Shown here piece after piece: positions 36,701 through 53,750 of a stretch of DNA of 64,000 nt (within the stretch, counting starts at the first letter, position 1; the number at the start of each line of letters is the position of its first letter). The stretch comes from Dipteris shenzhenensis (taxonomy: Eukaryota). Location of the stretch: the NCBI GenBank assembly GCA_047967505.1, contig CM106538.1, one strand, 5' to 3'. The notes beneath the pieces were generated by a model. It saw only the letters and a program-made list of their open reading frames with translations. It was not told the DNA's origin and searched no databases. Made by a program: the position numbers and the translations under genes.

Positions 36701-39700
36701 TTGCTAAACACCAGAATATCACCGAAAAATACTACCACACAATCTTGGTGTTTAAAAAAGATTTGGTTCATCATTCTACTAAAAGTAGCTGGAGCATTAG
36801 TTAGCCCAAAAGGCATATTAGGAACTCATAATGTCTCGTGTGAGTTCTAAAGGCAGTCTTGTATATATCCTCTTCTACCATACGAACTTGATGATAGCCA
36901 GATTTGAGATCTATCTTACTAAAGACCTTGGCCCCTTTCAATTTATCCAAAAGATCATCAATCTTGGGGATTAGATATCTATTCTTCACTGTGATTTTGT
37001 CTAGTGCACGATAGTCTATGCACATTCGATAGGTTCCATTTTTTCTTTTTGACTAATAAGACAGGTGCTCCATAAGGAGAACTACTGGGTCTTATCAATA
37101 TTCTCTCTATCAGTTCCTCCACTTGCTTTTGAATATCCTTTTGTTCTAGTTGATTGACTCTATAAGGAGCCTTGCAAGGTGGAGTATTGCCCGATAGAAT
37201 TTCTATCCTATGATCTTCAGGTCGAGAACTTGGTAGTCCAGGTGGTAAATCCTCTAAGAAACAATTAGAAAATTGAGAAAGAAACTTTTGGTGTGTAGGC
37301 TTAGTGTTTGGCTGAGTAGCCGTTATCGTATTCACCAAAATTAGATATGTCTTCTCATGTTTTCTAATTGCTCTTTTGGCTTGTGTGTGGTTGAGTAAAG
37401 GACTGATCTCAGGTCTCATTGAGCTTTTCAGACATATTTCTTGTCTGTCCTTCTCAATCCACATTTGATGTGAATCGTAATCTATCTTAGGATTATATTG
37501 ATGCCTCCATGGCATTCCTAAGATGATGTCCACTCCCGGTAGGGGTGCCACTAGAAAGTTTCATGTATCCTTGTAGGGTTTGATTGAGATTTCAAGATTC
37601 TTGACTTCTATAGTGCAATTGTACTTTGTTTTGGTAAAAGCAGCTTTAACCTTATAGTTAGATGGGAAAGACTTTAGGTTTAGCTTTGCTAAGGCTCTTT
37701 TCGAAATGAAATCATGTGTGCTACCATCGTCATGCAGAATAACAACCTCTTTGCCATTAATGAAACCTTTCATTTTTAGAAGAGCATGACAATTATACTT
37801 ACGTCCCTCTTGTTTGGCTGCTTTGTCGTCAATCATGTGCACTTTTGCCGTCAGGGTCTTCTTTCTTTCAAGACACTCAGTGGCTATGTGTCCCACCTTG
37901 TTGCACTTGAAACACCTTATTTCTTTCTTTAGAAAATTTCCACCGTTCAGCTTCAAAGGAGAATCTATATTCTGTGGAACAAAACCATTTTTAGATTTAA
38001 AGAAGGGCTTTTTATTAAATTTCTTTTTCTTATGGAAGGGTACATGCCATTCATAATCTTTCCCTTCTTTTAGGATTCCATTCTTCCTTTCACAATTCAT
38101 TGCAAGAGAAATTGCAGAGCTCAGTGAGCGAGGATGAAACATGTTAATCTTGGCTCTCAACTTAGACTTTAGACCTGCCACATACTTCCTGCGTTGATCT
38201 CGCTCATTAACTTTCTCTAAGGATTGTAATTGGATCAACGTTTGCGAAAATCTATCAGTATATGTGGAGATTGTTTCCTTATCGAACTGCCTAAAAGTAT
38301 CCCACTGTTGTCTAGCTTTTGCTTTGAAATGTGAGGGAAGAAAATCTCTCTTGATGAGCTTTTGAAAATACTTCCAAGATTTTGGTCGCTTTTTACTGTG
38401 CTTAGTGATGTTCCACCAAAGTGTAGCACTCTCTACTAAATGATTTGCAGCACATTTAATCTTGTCTTTTTCAGAGAATTTCTCCCATGAAAAATAATTA
38501 TCTAACTGATTGATCCAAGACAAGACAGTGTGTGCTTCTTTCTTTCCATCAAAATTTTGAAATGAGAAAAATTTTCTACTTATCTTACTCTCCTTCCTTG
38601 AATTATGTGCTCTCAGTGTGGCTTTGACTGTCTTGATAATAAGATCATCCTCAGAATCATCGTCAGATGATACATTGTCAGATGAATGCCTCTTTCTTTT
38701 CTTACTATTGATTTTCTTTTCCAATCTCTCCCTATGCTCACGCTCATTGGCCAACTATGCCTCTGAAGTGCATCTAACTGCTCTTGGAGTGTGGGTGGTT
38801 GTGGCTGGTGTGCCATGATAATGCGATAAGTACAAATAAAGTGGAGCAGAGAAAGATAAGGATACTAAGTGTATGATAATTAAACGAATGAAAAAGTGTA
38901 ATTCGAGTGTATGTGGTAAGAAATGGATGGTGGAAAATACTAAGCGTATGAAATATAAAGCAAAAGAAATCAATTATCTCACTCTTTGATCGGAGGTGAA
39001 AAGGACTAGAGTGGGAGATATGTGACCGATGATGTCACTCGTAGTCATCTTTGCACTCGAGTGATCTCCAATTAATTGTATGGGTTCGTGGTTCCAATCG
39101 CCTTCTTGATTCAAGTGTCTTCAGATTTTGCTTTGCTCTCTTTTTTTTTTTTTTCCAATGCCTTTGCTTATCGGTGGAGTAGCCTCCCCCTTCTGTGTTG
39201 AAGATCGCCAAACGTCTTCTTTTTAAAAAAAATAAAAATAAAATTTAGAGCCTTTACCCTTGCTCCATCTATATGGTCAAAGGAAAACTTTGACTTGTGG
39301 ACGCTAAAGTCTACAGGAACGACATTGCCAATTCTAAAGGAAAAAGCGAACTGTCTACAGATATAGTCTCTGAGAGGCCGGTCAGCTGCTCTTGATTGCG
39401 GTGCAGTCAATGGACTGTGGGTTACACAGCGTAGGCATACAGAGATGCAGCAGAGAGGTGCGTGTCGGGCGGGGCAGAATCGATTCCCAATGAACTTCAA
39501 CAAGGGCTACCAAAGTAATGACAGCCTCTGTGGCAACACGACAGCACTGCATGTGAACAGAGACTGTCGATGGCTGTAGATCTCAGACTCTGCACTCTGG
39601 TGCACGCAATGGGTAGCTGTACTGTGAGAATTGAGTAAAGGTAGCGCCATCGAGGATATCAGACTTGGTCAGAGACTATTCAGTGCTCTGAAATCTGTGA

Positions 39701-40983
39701 GGATGCGGTAGGATGGTGCACACAAAAGACAAAGTCTTGCAAGCAGCTGCAGGTTTGCAGACGGGCACACACAGTGGGAAGCTCTTGGTAAATCTGCAAT
39801 AGGCGTGCTGAAATGCCACAGATAAGTGCACCAGGCAAAATTTGAGGTTGCTAGAGTATTATGGGCAACACGGCTGCACTGTGCACGTATCCTTTAATGC
39901 AAGGCTAAGTCTAGGGAATCGAATGGTGGAGCCACAAGCGGGCGCCGAGCTGCAGTGAGCCGCTACTCTTATTGGTGACTCCTGAGTCCTGACTACTTGA
40001 AGGCATGAAATCCAATTAGTTAAGATGTAGGCTGGCTACACATTAGGACTTTGGGAGTCTACTTCAAAGTTTGCCAACAATCAGTTGTAGTTCTCCCAAG
40101 ATGATGATGCCAGCCTAAGTACTTGGTGTGATCTACATGGCTCAAGACCTAAGGCTCGATGCGCACTTTCCTGAATGCAAAATTTCTCTCCCTTTCAATT
40201 TCCACACGAGGGAGCTTCTCTTTAATTCCTTCACAAGAGCATGACCAAAGCTCTAATACTAGTGAAACCAAAAGGGTATTTATTTTCACACAAAGTCACC
40301 ACTTAATCAATTGGAGAAGAACATAATCACACCACGAAAGCGACAGCAAACTGGGTACAATCTCCCCCCCTAGATGAGTGGCTCACACTTCCTCATCTAG
40401 AGTATTTATGATATTTCATAAAAGCACCAAGGAGCCAAAATTATCCCTCTCATCCAAAAATGAGGGATTTGCTTTACATCGCCATCTTAGGGCCCAAAAT
40501 GAATTATGTCCACTACAAAATATATTGCTCAAACTTGCAATAATAAAACAAATACAAAATTTGGCCCATGGCCATATATAATGCACTGTGTGACACCTCG
40601 ATCGGTACCCTCGCACTAACTCCAATCCTTGTTATGAGTTCCATCACCTGTACTCAAGCCACCAATTACATTAGTTATTAACAATCGATTGAACGAATCA
40701 CCGAATCAATCGATCCCAACATAACCGCGCTCAAAGCATAATAATCAAGCACAACACCAATAACACTAGCAACATCAGTATTAACATGGAATCACCCACA
40801 ATACCGACCATCTAGCATGGCAAAACACAAGCTAGTCAGGCATCCCCAACTAACCACACAAAGTATCCACTAGGACCCCCGTTGCATCCGGTGCACTCCT
40901 ATGGAGTACTTTTCCATAGTCACACTTGACTAAAGTAATAATATCCAAAGCAAGATATATCAAAAAATATAATTTTCGTAACA
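33709..40983 (-). mobile_element. Ty3/Gypsy chromovirus-type LTR retrotransposon E, nested in the leader of D
   Basis: About 720-bp LTRs at 33709-34427 and 40263-40983. Perfect TSD GTAGT (33704-33708, 40984-40988). Degenerate PBS at about 40249-40260. Domain order gag-PR-RT-RH-INT-chromo. Confidence 0.96.
34490..38816 (-). pseudogene. Disrupted gag-pol of Gypsy E with C-terminal chromodomain
   Basis: Knuckle CFKCNKVGHIATEC, protease LHDDGSTHDFI, RT ([33 protein letters not shown]), RNase H, integrase (SMDFIT, VDRFSK), GPF motif YGPFKVI, chromodomain KYLLKFKNHPRDDAQW at about 34520-34570. Confidence 0.93.
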
Positions 40984-41348
40984 GTAGTTGCAGGCATGAT
41001 ATTGCAATGTTCATGGATATATGTGTTGGTGCCTAGTGGTTGGATGTTAATGTCAAGTAGCTTGATAGATGCTATGCCTTGTCAGTGATAGTAGCAAAGT
41101 GGCATTTTGAGTCCGGTTGATCCATTGAACTAGTAACTGAAGTTTTCAGACTGCTGTCAAAAGTGTGTAGGTGCCTATTTTCAGCAGCAAATATCAAAAA
41201 ATCCTTAAGGAATTTGGATCTATAGTGAACTAGAAGTTTGTAGAGCCATGCACTGGCTACATTTTTGCTTTTGACAGTATTTGCATCCAAGCTAAGGTGT
41301 GAAAGATATTGACAGTCCAAATTGCAGGAATCTATTTTTTTTGTAATT

Positions 41349-44300
41349 ATGGCAAATGCAAGTGGGTCTAATAATATCATTCAGATTGTTGGTGAGAAAT
41401 TAGATTACCATAACTATCCCATTTGGAAATTTAGAATGGAGAACTTTTTGATTGGAAAAGGCTATTGGGATTTGGTTACAGGTGATGAGAAAGAGTCTAA
41501 TTTGCCAGAAAGAAATGCTACTATAGAACAAGTTAAGAATCATAAAGCTTGGTTGGAAAGAGCATGGAGGGTACTTCACTGGTTTTCAATATCTATTTTA
41601 GATGCCATGGTTATGCAAATTCTGAACTGCAAGTCTCCCACGAATGCATGGGATATCTTGACAAGATATTATGGCACAACTACAAGTGCCAGGAAAATTC
41701 AGTTGAAGCAAAAGTTCAACAATATGTCAAGGCAGGGTAGAACAATACAGGAGTACGTGACTGAAATAAAACCATAGCTGATCAATAAGCTTCTACTGAT
41801 GCTTTTGTGGATGATGATGACATGGTTGCAGTCACTCTGAATGGACTTGGTCCCGAATATAAGTCATTTGACACTTCTATTTCTGTGAGGCAGAATATGC
41901 CGGATTTCAATGAGCTGGTTGCTCTTTTGATCCATGAGGAAGTGAAGCCTAGGTTGAATACCAATGGCAGTAGCTCAAGGAATAGTGATGCAATGTTCTA
42001 CTTTGATCAGAGAGGCCGTGGTGGATGACACAGAGGTTCATTCTGTGGTAGAGGTGATGGCAGGCATGTCCCTAAAACCCTTAGTTAGTCACCTCAGAGA
42101 GGAGGTGGAGCCTTTAGAGGTAGGGGGAGAGGTGCTTCTCATGGTAGAGGTACTTGGCTACTGATATATGGTATATTGATTCGGGAGCATCTAATCACAT
42201 GACATCACATGGAGAGTGGTTTGATGAGATGACTCCTGGTGTGCATGGTTATGTTTGCACAGGAGATGATACATAGCATGACATTACACACAAGGGTGTT
42301 ATGCCTCTGGTGATGCATGATGGTCAGACCAAGAAGCTGCATGAAGTGTTGCATGTGTCTTCAATCACCAAGAACTTGTTGTTTGTTGGACAAATGGCTG
42401 AGTAGAACTTACAAGTCCAGTTTAATAAGGATGGATGCTTCATTGAGGAGTTTGGTAATGGCTACAAGTTGATTGCGAAAGGGAAAAGGCAAGGAAGAAT
42501 GTCTACTTTAGATGCAGGCATGTCGGAACTAAAGGTTGCTATGTTTACCCATGGTATGGGTGTTGTCTCTGATTTGGAAATTTGGCACAAATGCATTGGT
42601 CATATTAATATTCAGAAGCTGAAAAATATGCAGCATAAAGGCATTGTTGTTGGCCTACCAAAGTTCAAGTATACTGCTTTAGAGCATGTTTGTCCTGCAT
42701 GCCAGTTTGGAAAACAATCAAGGTTGCCATTCACTAAGCATCTGCAGGAGAGTAGTAGACCTTTGCAGTTGATTCACTCTGATGTTTGCGGTCCTGCACA
42801 CACTACCTCGATGGGAGGTTCATCATATTATGTCACATTTATTGATGATTTGAGTCGGTATACATGGCTGCATTTTTTAAAACATAAGGATGAGGTCCTG
42901 CCTGTTGAAAAGGAGTTTGGGTCATATATCACATGCTTGAGATCAGATAATGGAGGTGAATATCTGTCAAATGAATTTGATGACTTCTTGGCCTATCATG
43001 GGATTAGATGGGAGCTTACATGCCCATATACACCACAATAGAATGGAGTGGCTGAACGTAATAATGGGGTGATTGGTTCATGTGGTAGAGACATGTTGAA
43101 TGAAAAGAACTTACCTGATTATTATTGTGCAGAAGCACTTACAACTGCAGTGTATGTGCTGAATCGCACTCCTACTACTGGCATTCATATGCTCACACCA
43201 TATGAGAAATTGTATCGACAGAAGCCTTATGTCAGTCATTTGAAAGTGTTTAGTAGTTTGGCATATGTGCATATACCAGATGAAAAGAGATGGAAGTTGG
43301 ATCCCAAAGTTGAAAGATGTGTGTTAATTGGCTATGCACAGAACCGAAAGGGTTACAAACGCTACAACCCATCGACAAGAAGACTATGGTGAGTCGGGAT
43401 GTTTTTGATGAGCTGGAATCTTGGTATGGCAAGCCGAAAATGGTTGCTCCAAATGATGCATCTGCACATCATGCATATGATAAAAATCAGCAAATTAGTA
43501 CATCCATATATGGGCCTACATCTACTGGTTCTACTACAGTGAATCCTTGGTCTGGCAGGTTATGCAATTCCACTGACACTCCTATGTCAGTGAGGGGGAG
43601 AGATAAAGGGAAAGCCAAGGTTGTTGAGGTGCTTTTGCAAGCTGAAAATGATGTCCCTGGGCCATCAAATTGTGGCTATGATTTGTCATGTAGTGACAGT
43701 TTGGATAGTGAGTTGGGTATACCATCTGTGTCCATCTGTGTCCACACTTGGAGTCAAGGGAAGCAGGTACATACCTCCTCATGAACAAGGAGAGTCAGGC
43801 ACTCCAGTGAGAAGGTCACAGAGAGCCAGGTATCCTATTGACAGGTGAACTTATAGTGGTTATGCTACTTGGCATTATGCATATATGATAAAAGTTATGG
43901 GACATACTGAGCCAACTATCTTTGGTGAGGCTATGCAACATGGTCATTGGCAGAATGCCATGGATGAGGAGATGGATGCCCTTGCCACTAATTAGACTTG
44001 GGATTTGGTGGAGTTTCCTAAAGGCAAGAATCCTATTGGTTGCAAATGGGTCTACAAAGTAAAATGCAAGTCTGATGGATTAGTGGAAAGGTATAAAGCA
44101 AGGTTGGTTGCCAAAGGGTATGCACAACAGTATGGGCTAGATTATGCAGAAACTTTCATCCCTATTGCCAAGATGGCAACTGTGAGAACTATCATAGCAT
44201 TGGCTGCTGCAAATGGCTGGAAATTGCAACAAATGGATGTTAAGAATGCTTTCCTAAATGGTGACTTCTTGGAGGAAGTCTATATGGTTCAGCCCAAGGG

Positions 44301-45435
44301 TTATGTGCACCCTGACTATCCCAACTATGTTTGTAGGTTGAAGAAAGCTCTCTATGGGCTGAAGCAAGCACCTAGAGCATGGAATGAAAGGATCAGTAGA
44401 TACCTGCAAGAGCTTGGTTTTGCAGTTGGGAAGGCTGAGCATTCACTGTTCACAAAGAAGACAATTGCTGGATATGTTGTGATTGTGATTTATGTTGATG
44501 ATCTAATTCTGACTGGTAGTGATGATGATGGCATTGCTGAAATTAAGAGCAAGCTGAAAATGGAGTTTGATATGAAGGATCTAGGGGACTTGAAGTTATT
44601 TCTTGGCATAGAGGTGTTGAGAACACTTGATGTGGCATTTGGCTTATGCAGAGGCAGTATGCCTTGAATATGCTGGAGAGGTTTGGCATGAAGGATTGCA
44701 AACCAATGGATATCCCCTTGGATCAAAACTTGAAGATGATGGCTGATTCTGGAGATGAGATTGATGACATTACCATGTATAGGCAGATGGTTGGAAGCTT
44801 GATTTATCTGACTATTACTAGGCTTGATTTAATATATGTTGTGGGACTCATTAGTCAGTTTATGCAAAAGCCACGGAAGCCTCACTTGGATGTAGTGAGG
44901 AGGATTATGCGCTATGTCAAGGCAACATTCAGTATGGACTCTCTATGAGTATGGAAAGGATATAGAACTAGTTGGATACATAGATGCAGATTGGGCAGGA
45001 TGTGCCTATGATAGGAGATCCACCAATGGTTATGCATTCAGCCTTGGTAGTGTAGTGGCGAGTTGGAGTAGTAAAAAGCAACCTACAATGGCATTGTCTA
45101 GTACAAAAGCAGAGTACAGAGGTGCAGCATTGGCTGCATGTGAGATTGCTTGGCTTCAGAAGCTTCTGCAGGATTTGGGACTGCATGTGGAAAAACTAGT
45201 CAAACTTTATTGTGATAACATTAGTGTGCAGTTGGCAAGTAATTTGGTTTATCATGCTAGAACTAAGCATATTGAGGTACACTATCATTTCATCAGAGAG
45301 ATGGTGTTATCAAAGAAGATTGATCTCATACATGTGAAGGCTGAAGATCAGGTTGCAGATATCTTTACCAAGTCATTGGGTAGAGATAAGTTTACATACT
45401 TTAGAGAGCTACTTGGTGTTGTGCTCCCTACTTGA
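41349..45435 (+). pseudogene. Disrupted gag-pol of Copia D
   Basis: Gag QIVGEKLDYHNYPIWKFRMENFL, protease WYIDSGASNHMT, integrase LIHSDVCGP, RT YVDDL, RNase H ADIFTKSL; zinc-knuckle region missing near 42160. Confidence 0.93.
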
Positions 45436-47989
45436 GCTTGAGGGGGAGTGTTGGGAATCAAGCTCTCGATTATTGTTCCTATTGTGTGAGTAGGTGAGTA
45501 AGGTGAGTCACACTGACTCAACCATAGTTAGTTCTTATCTACTATGTATGGGTGTGACCTTAATAGTGTTCAATTGTATTATTGTGTGGGGTGAATATGA
45601 GCTGATTGTAGAGGAGACTATTGCTCCCTCCTGGTTGCTTCCTATATCTCTCTTCTTGTTTTTTCTTAATACATAGTGACTCTCAAAATGGCTAAGGGAG
45701 AGTTACTGATGTCAAAGTAGAGGCAGGAGGTGTCACGAGCACTTTGAAGAGCCAATCAATGTGTACCACGAGTACCACAAGCACTCGAAGAGGTGATCGA
45801 AGAAGTCAAGGAGTAATTGGGACTCACATCAAGCTTGAAGCAATGCACTAATTAGAGAAGTCACTATAGTGTAATGTGTCAAAGTAGTGATGGAGTGCTT
45901 ACATCATGCTGGAAGCATCTTCACTTCTAATGCAATAGTAGACGTGGAGATTCACCTCGGGTATGGGCAAGTGTAACTATGAAAATATCATCGTGATAAG
46001 TTCTTCATGAGTTGGAGCAAGTCTAGAACTTCTTCATGGTAGACAGATGTAGAAGGACAGTAGCTCCAAGAGATGATGGGCAAAATACGGGCACCAACTT
46101 GCAAGCAACAGCTCCAAGAGAATGTCGGGCAAAAGGAGCAAATGGCGGGCTGGAGTAGAGGTCAACAATGAAGAGGATGGAGAGCTCCACATTGAGATGG
46201 TTGCGTCATGCTTGGCTGTCAAATCATTGAGCTGCAGAACAAAATTCGTGCATAGAAATAAATTTTGTCACTTCTTGCAAGGGCTGTAACTTTTCACAAA
46301 AAACTCAGATTGCAATGATGTAAAAACTTTTCACAAAAAACTCAGATTGCAATGATGTAAAAACAAAATTTGTAGTACTCAAGATCCTCTACAACTTTGC
46401 TGAAGACACAAAGCTGTGGTTCTACTTTAGATCCAGATAGAAGCATCACATCATCTGCAGGTCACAGAAAGATGTAGTTGAAGGAAGGAGAAGAGAGGTG
46501 GCACATCATGGCATGGAGAAGAGAGCTCAAGGAAGGAGAGAAGCGGGCAGCCTTCAAAGAAGGAGGAGGTAGAGTAGCTTCATTGGCTTCCCTCACCTCA
46601 ACCTCTTGGAAGGGAAAGGGAAAGAGAGAGCAGGGCTAGGAACATGGCTCTGATACCACATGAAAGATCATAGTGGTAGGGAGAGAAGCAAGCTAACACT
46701 AGAAATGGAAAGGAAAGATAACAAGCATAATGGAAATGAAATGGAAAGAAAATGAAAGCAATGGACAAGTACTCACATGATACCAAAGAGCGTGATGTTG
46801 ACTAATATTTTAGACAATAGACAAGTACAACACTATATAGTGTGCTACTAGACTCTAGAAAGTCACAATGTCTATGGGATATCTCCCAATATGGCACATG
46901 TCATGTCTAGGACTCACTAGACTATAAAACCACACCTAGACCACCTAGAACACTCATTTTAGACTCACTTTGGCTTCATATTCCAACACCCCCAAGTTAG
47001 AATATCTTTGTTAAACAATCTATGGGGGAGCTCTTCCTTAGTTAGGTGGTCTTCTCTATGAAGGGTGGAAAATTAAAGATTGTTAACAACCATGAAATCT
47101 CCTTTTACTTGCCATTTAATGTGGATTTTAATGGAATTTCAAGCATGCCATATACATACCCATACATCATTGCCCTTCGTAGTGCAATGTTTTGCACTAA
47201 AACTAGTAGCTAATATTGGAACCTCTTGTAAAGAAAAGGGTGCTAAGCAATCTAGTGACATTAGTTGTGCTCTCTATCAACTTCAATAGATTTCATAAAT
47301 ACTTAACTCACATTTTCATTGCTTAGTGCTATGTTACAACAAGCTGTCATTAGTAATGTAACCATGAGACTCATGTAACATTACCTAAAATAGCTCAGTT
47401 CCAAATCAAAATGGCTTTCACAAGGGTTTCAACGTTTTCCAACTAGAGGGGGAGTTTAGACAACTTATCAAGAAGTAAATGTAGAGTCAAGTAACGTATT
47501 GTTTGGCTGTATGTATGTTAAGAGTATGGACCTATCAACATTCCTTATGGATAGAATTATGATCATAATTCATGAACAAACTTGATGCAAATGCATTGAT
47601 ATATAAAAATTTAATAAAAGAATTTACAATCATTGACTATCAAAAATTAGAATCCATTCAAAAGCTCAAAAATAAATTCTAATGGAAGTTTAAAGCATGC
47701 ATATCCAAGTTTTAGACCTTCTAGAACAAGTTACAAAATCATACATTGATAGTTAAGCATAACTCGTTTCTAATAAAAATATAACTTTAAATGTTCTCAT
47801 TGCTTATAATAAAATGATGTTTATACCTTTCAAAATTTTATTCCCACCAAGGTCAACGTTATTTGAAACAGGGGTTTCTATTACTGAAATCAAAATAGTT
47901 TTAGGCTTGTCTTGAGACAAGTCTTAGATCAACTAAAATATGGCTCTAGGAAATATTGTCATGTTAAAAACTTTTCATGGAAAGAAAAA

Positions 47990-48440
47990 AAAGAGATTAA
48001 ACTCAAAGATCTCTCAACAAATCTCTAAAGATAAAATGAATTTAAATGGATGAAAATCTCTTAGGAATCTCACTCAAGAAATGAGCAAAATTTTTTCTCT
48101 CACGGAAGTGAAGAATAGAAGGCTTTCATCAATGGAATGAAAGATGCAAACCTCTCAATCTCTCAATCACTCTTATGCCCTCAAGGATCACGACGATGCC
48201 TCATTAGAAGGCAAGGAAGCTTTGAAACCATTTGGAGAGAGGAGAGGAGAAGAGTGGATATGAGGAGAGAGGGCATAGCTAGAGAGCACACCAGAAATGG
48301 CTAACCTGTACACTATATTGGTTGAAAATGATGAATATATACAAACCCCTTTAGGGTTAGGGTTAGGGTTTCCAACCTTTTCCTTTTTAGCACTCTATGT
48401 GTTAGTGCTATGCACATATGATAACACATGATGTTGAGAT
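47990..48440 (-). mobile_element. Old truncated relic of a family-B-like Copia 5' end (leader, PBS, partial LTR)
   Basis: GCTTTGAAACCA (decayed PBS) at about 48219-48230, followed by GAGGAGAGAGGGCATAGCTAGAGAGCACACCA...TTTAGGGTTAGGGTTAGGG...GTGCTATGCACATATGAT matching the B LTR. Confidence 0.8.
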
Positions 48441-50744
48441 GGCTCCTCATCACTACATGCCCCCTATATGACTATTATGATAGCTCTTTAAGAACTCCCC
48501 ATGGCTCTTGGCCTACCAAGAAGCTTTTTGAACTTAAAGTTCCCAAATCCCTTGGCATTCTAACTACCCTAATCCTCATACAGCCATGTCTTCCTTTGGT
48601 TCCTTGGGAGTTCCTTGGCTCTAATCTCATGTTGAAAAACATACCTAAGCAGACATCTCAATATCAAATATGGTGTTAGGACACCAATGACCTTATGTTA
48701 ATCACCAACTATAAACACAAGTCATCTAATACCATGTTCAAAAACACACGTAAGAACATGTCTCAACTCAAACACACTATTAGAATACTAATAACCTTGC
48801 ATCGACAACTAGCTACACGCACAAGTTATCTATGTGCAAGATATGCCAAGGTATTTTATCTCACTTAAATGTCCAAGCACAAAACCTACCAACATTAAGT
48901 TATTACAATGATTATATGATACACTTGGCTAGTATGATGTTGATGACTCCTAAACTACAATGTGCCTCTACAACAAGATTTGATAGTTTCTCATAGAGAC
49001 CCACTACTCTTTACAACAAAGTGTTGGCTTGCACTTTATCATGCTCAAGGCACTAGGGGCTGAAGTACCCCACGATTAGCAAGCTTGGCCAATTGATTAA
49101 GCAACCAATATAGGGTTGACATAGCCCTTTCCTTGACCTAATTTGGGCCTATTTCCAAACAATCCTATAGGATGTCGATATCTTAGATTGTGATTGATGA
49201 TTGTATTCAACATTTCAAGCCAAATTATGCAGTACTTTTGTAAGCACTAGGTAGGCACCTTATGTTGAGTCTTTCTACACATCACATGGCCTACATACAT
49301 GAGCATATTTTAGCCCTATTGTTATCCCTAAAATAGGTCTTATTATTGTCCCTAATTGCTAACCAGGTTGGCCCATGTGCCCTACATGTGGCTACCCTAA
49401 AATCAACTCGAGGATGACTAACACATGGGCTACCAATATTGTGGCAGCTAGCTTGTTGTGCACGAGGGAATTTCATTTAGCCCCCCTACATGTGCTAATG
49501 TGGCACTAGATCTATACCCATACACATAAATCTATAAAGCCCCTTTTGCCTTCCTAATTTGGGGCCTCATAGGTGGGGAATTGACCCTCATACTTCAATA
49601 CTCAGTTGGTAAATTAATGAGCTAACTAATCCCAAAATATATGTTTTAAATTTAAAGCTGAAGGTTCAAGACAGGCAAAGATGCTATTAGATTGGACATG
49701 AGAATTAGAGCTTAAATTGTACTACATTGGGAAATAAGTAAGAGAAGGCTAGCTAACAAGAGAGGAGCTAAACTTAATTTGTAGAGGAGGGTTAGATTTT
49801 ATTTTTTTGCTCTAGTTAGAAGGTCTTTTAAGTTAAGTTTCAAAAATTTCATTACTTTCCTTGCATTTTGGATATCTTTTCATGTTTATTAGTAGAAAAT
49901 CTCAAATTGGGTGAATGTTTTTACTTTTTTGGGGGGGAAATGCCTACATAACTAGCAATGGATTCTCAAGAGGACCCATAAAAATAGCCAATCAATGAAT
50001 ATTCACTCTTATTTTTTTCCTTTGGTACGAGATTTAGTTATGTTCTATCACAAAGTTTGAGTAAAATTTCCATAGATCTACAACCCATGCATATTTCAAT
50101 GCAACCATTTCAAAATAGGTAAAGCCATATATGGAAAATAGGCACCATGGAGGATGAGCATGGACTCCAACACAAATAACTTGTGTAATAAAAATGTGAA
50201 ATGTACCTCATGTGTTAAGTATAAGAATTCTAACATCATGGACAACAAAGGCTACTATCATGAGTTTAAATGGAAGCAATATGGTTTCAAGTCTTGTTAT
50301 ACTGTTGAACACCCATAAATAACTTCTAGCATGCTTAGAGTTCTCTCTAGTCACTATAAGAAGGATGGCTTCTATAAGGTAGAGCATGCCACTCCCATTC
50401 ATCAACAAAGACATATTGATATTCTAGAATAGTTTTTGGTTTTGGAACAAAGCTCTTGTTTAACATTCATGGCTACCAAAATTTTGCTAAAGGGCTTACT
50501 TATATTAGCCAAACTATTCAATTGAGCTCCTTATAGAAATGTTGTAGATCCCACCCACTTTAGTTGGGCTTAGTAAATTTCATTAAAGGAATCATCCTAA
50601 ACATAGATTCTAACTTATCTAAGAACATTCAACATTTTGCATATTAGTGAGAATTTACAAACTTTTATACATTTCATACTTTGCTAATCTTCTCTAACAT
50701 CAAACTCAAACATTGGTCATAATTTTGGTCACTAAAACCTTGTT

Positions 50745-53750
<3,006 letters not shown>

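Larger units (their letters stand above)
32581..45671 (+). mobile_element. Ty1/Copia LTR retrotransposon D, nested in C; related to family A
   Basis: About 220-bp LTRs at 32581-32800 and 45449-45671. Perfect TSD CATAG (32576-32580, 45672-45676). PBS TGGTATCATAGC at 32801, PPT GAGGGGGAG before 45449. Confidence 0.93.
31614..46988 (-). mobile_element. Non-autonomous LTR element C (about 2.3 kb once nested inserts are removed)
   Basis: 328-bp TG...CA LTRs at 31614-31941 and 46661-46988. PBS GCTCTGATACCA at 46647-46658, PPT (plus strand CCCCCCC) at 31942. TSD CCCTC/CCCCC (4/5). No recognisable gag-pol in its own internal arms. Confidence 0.88.
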
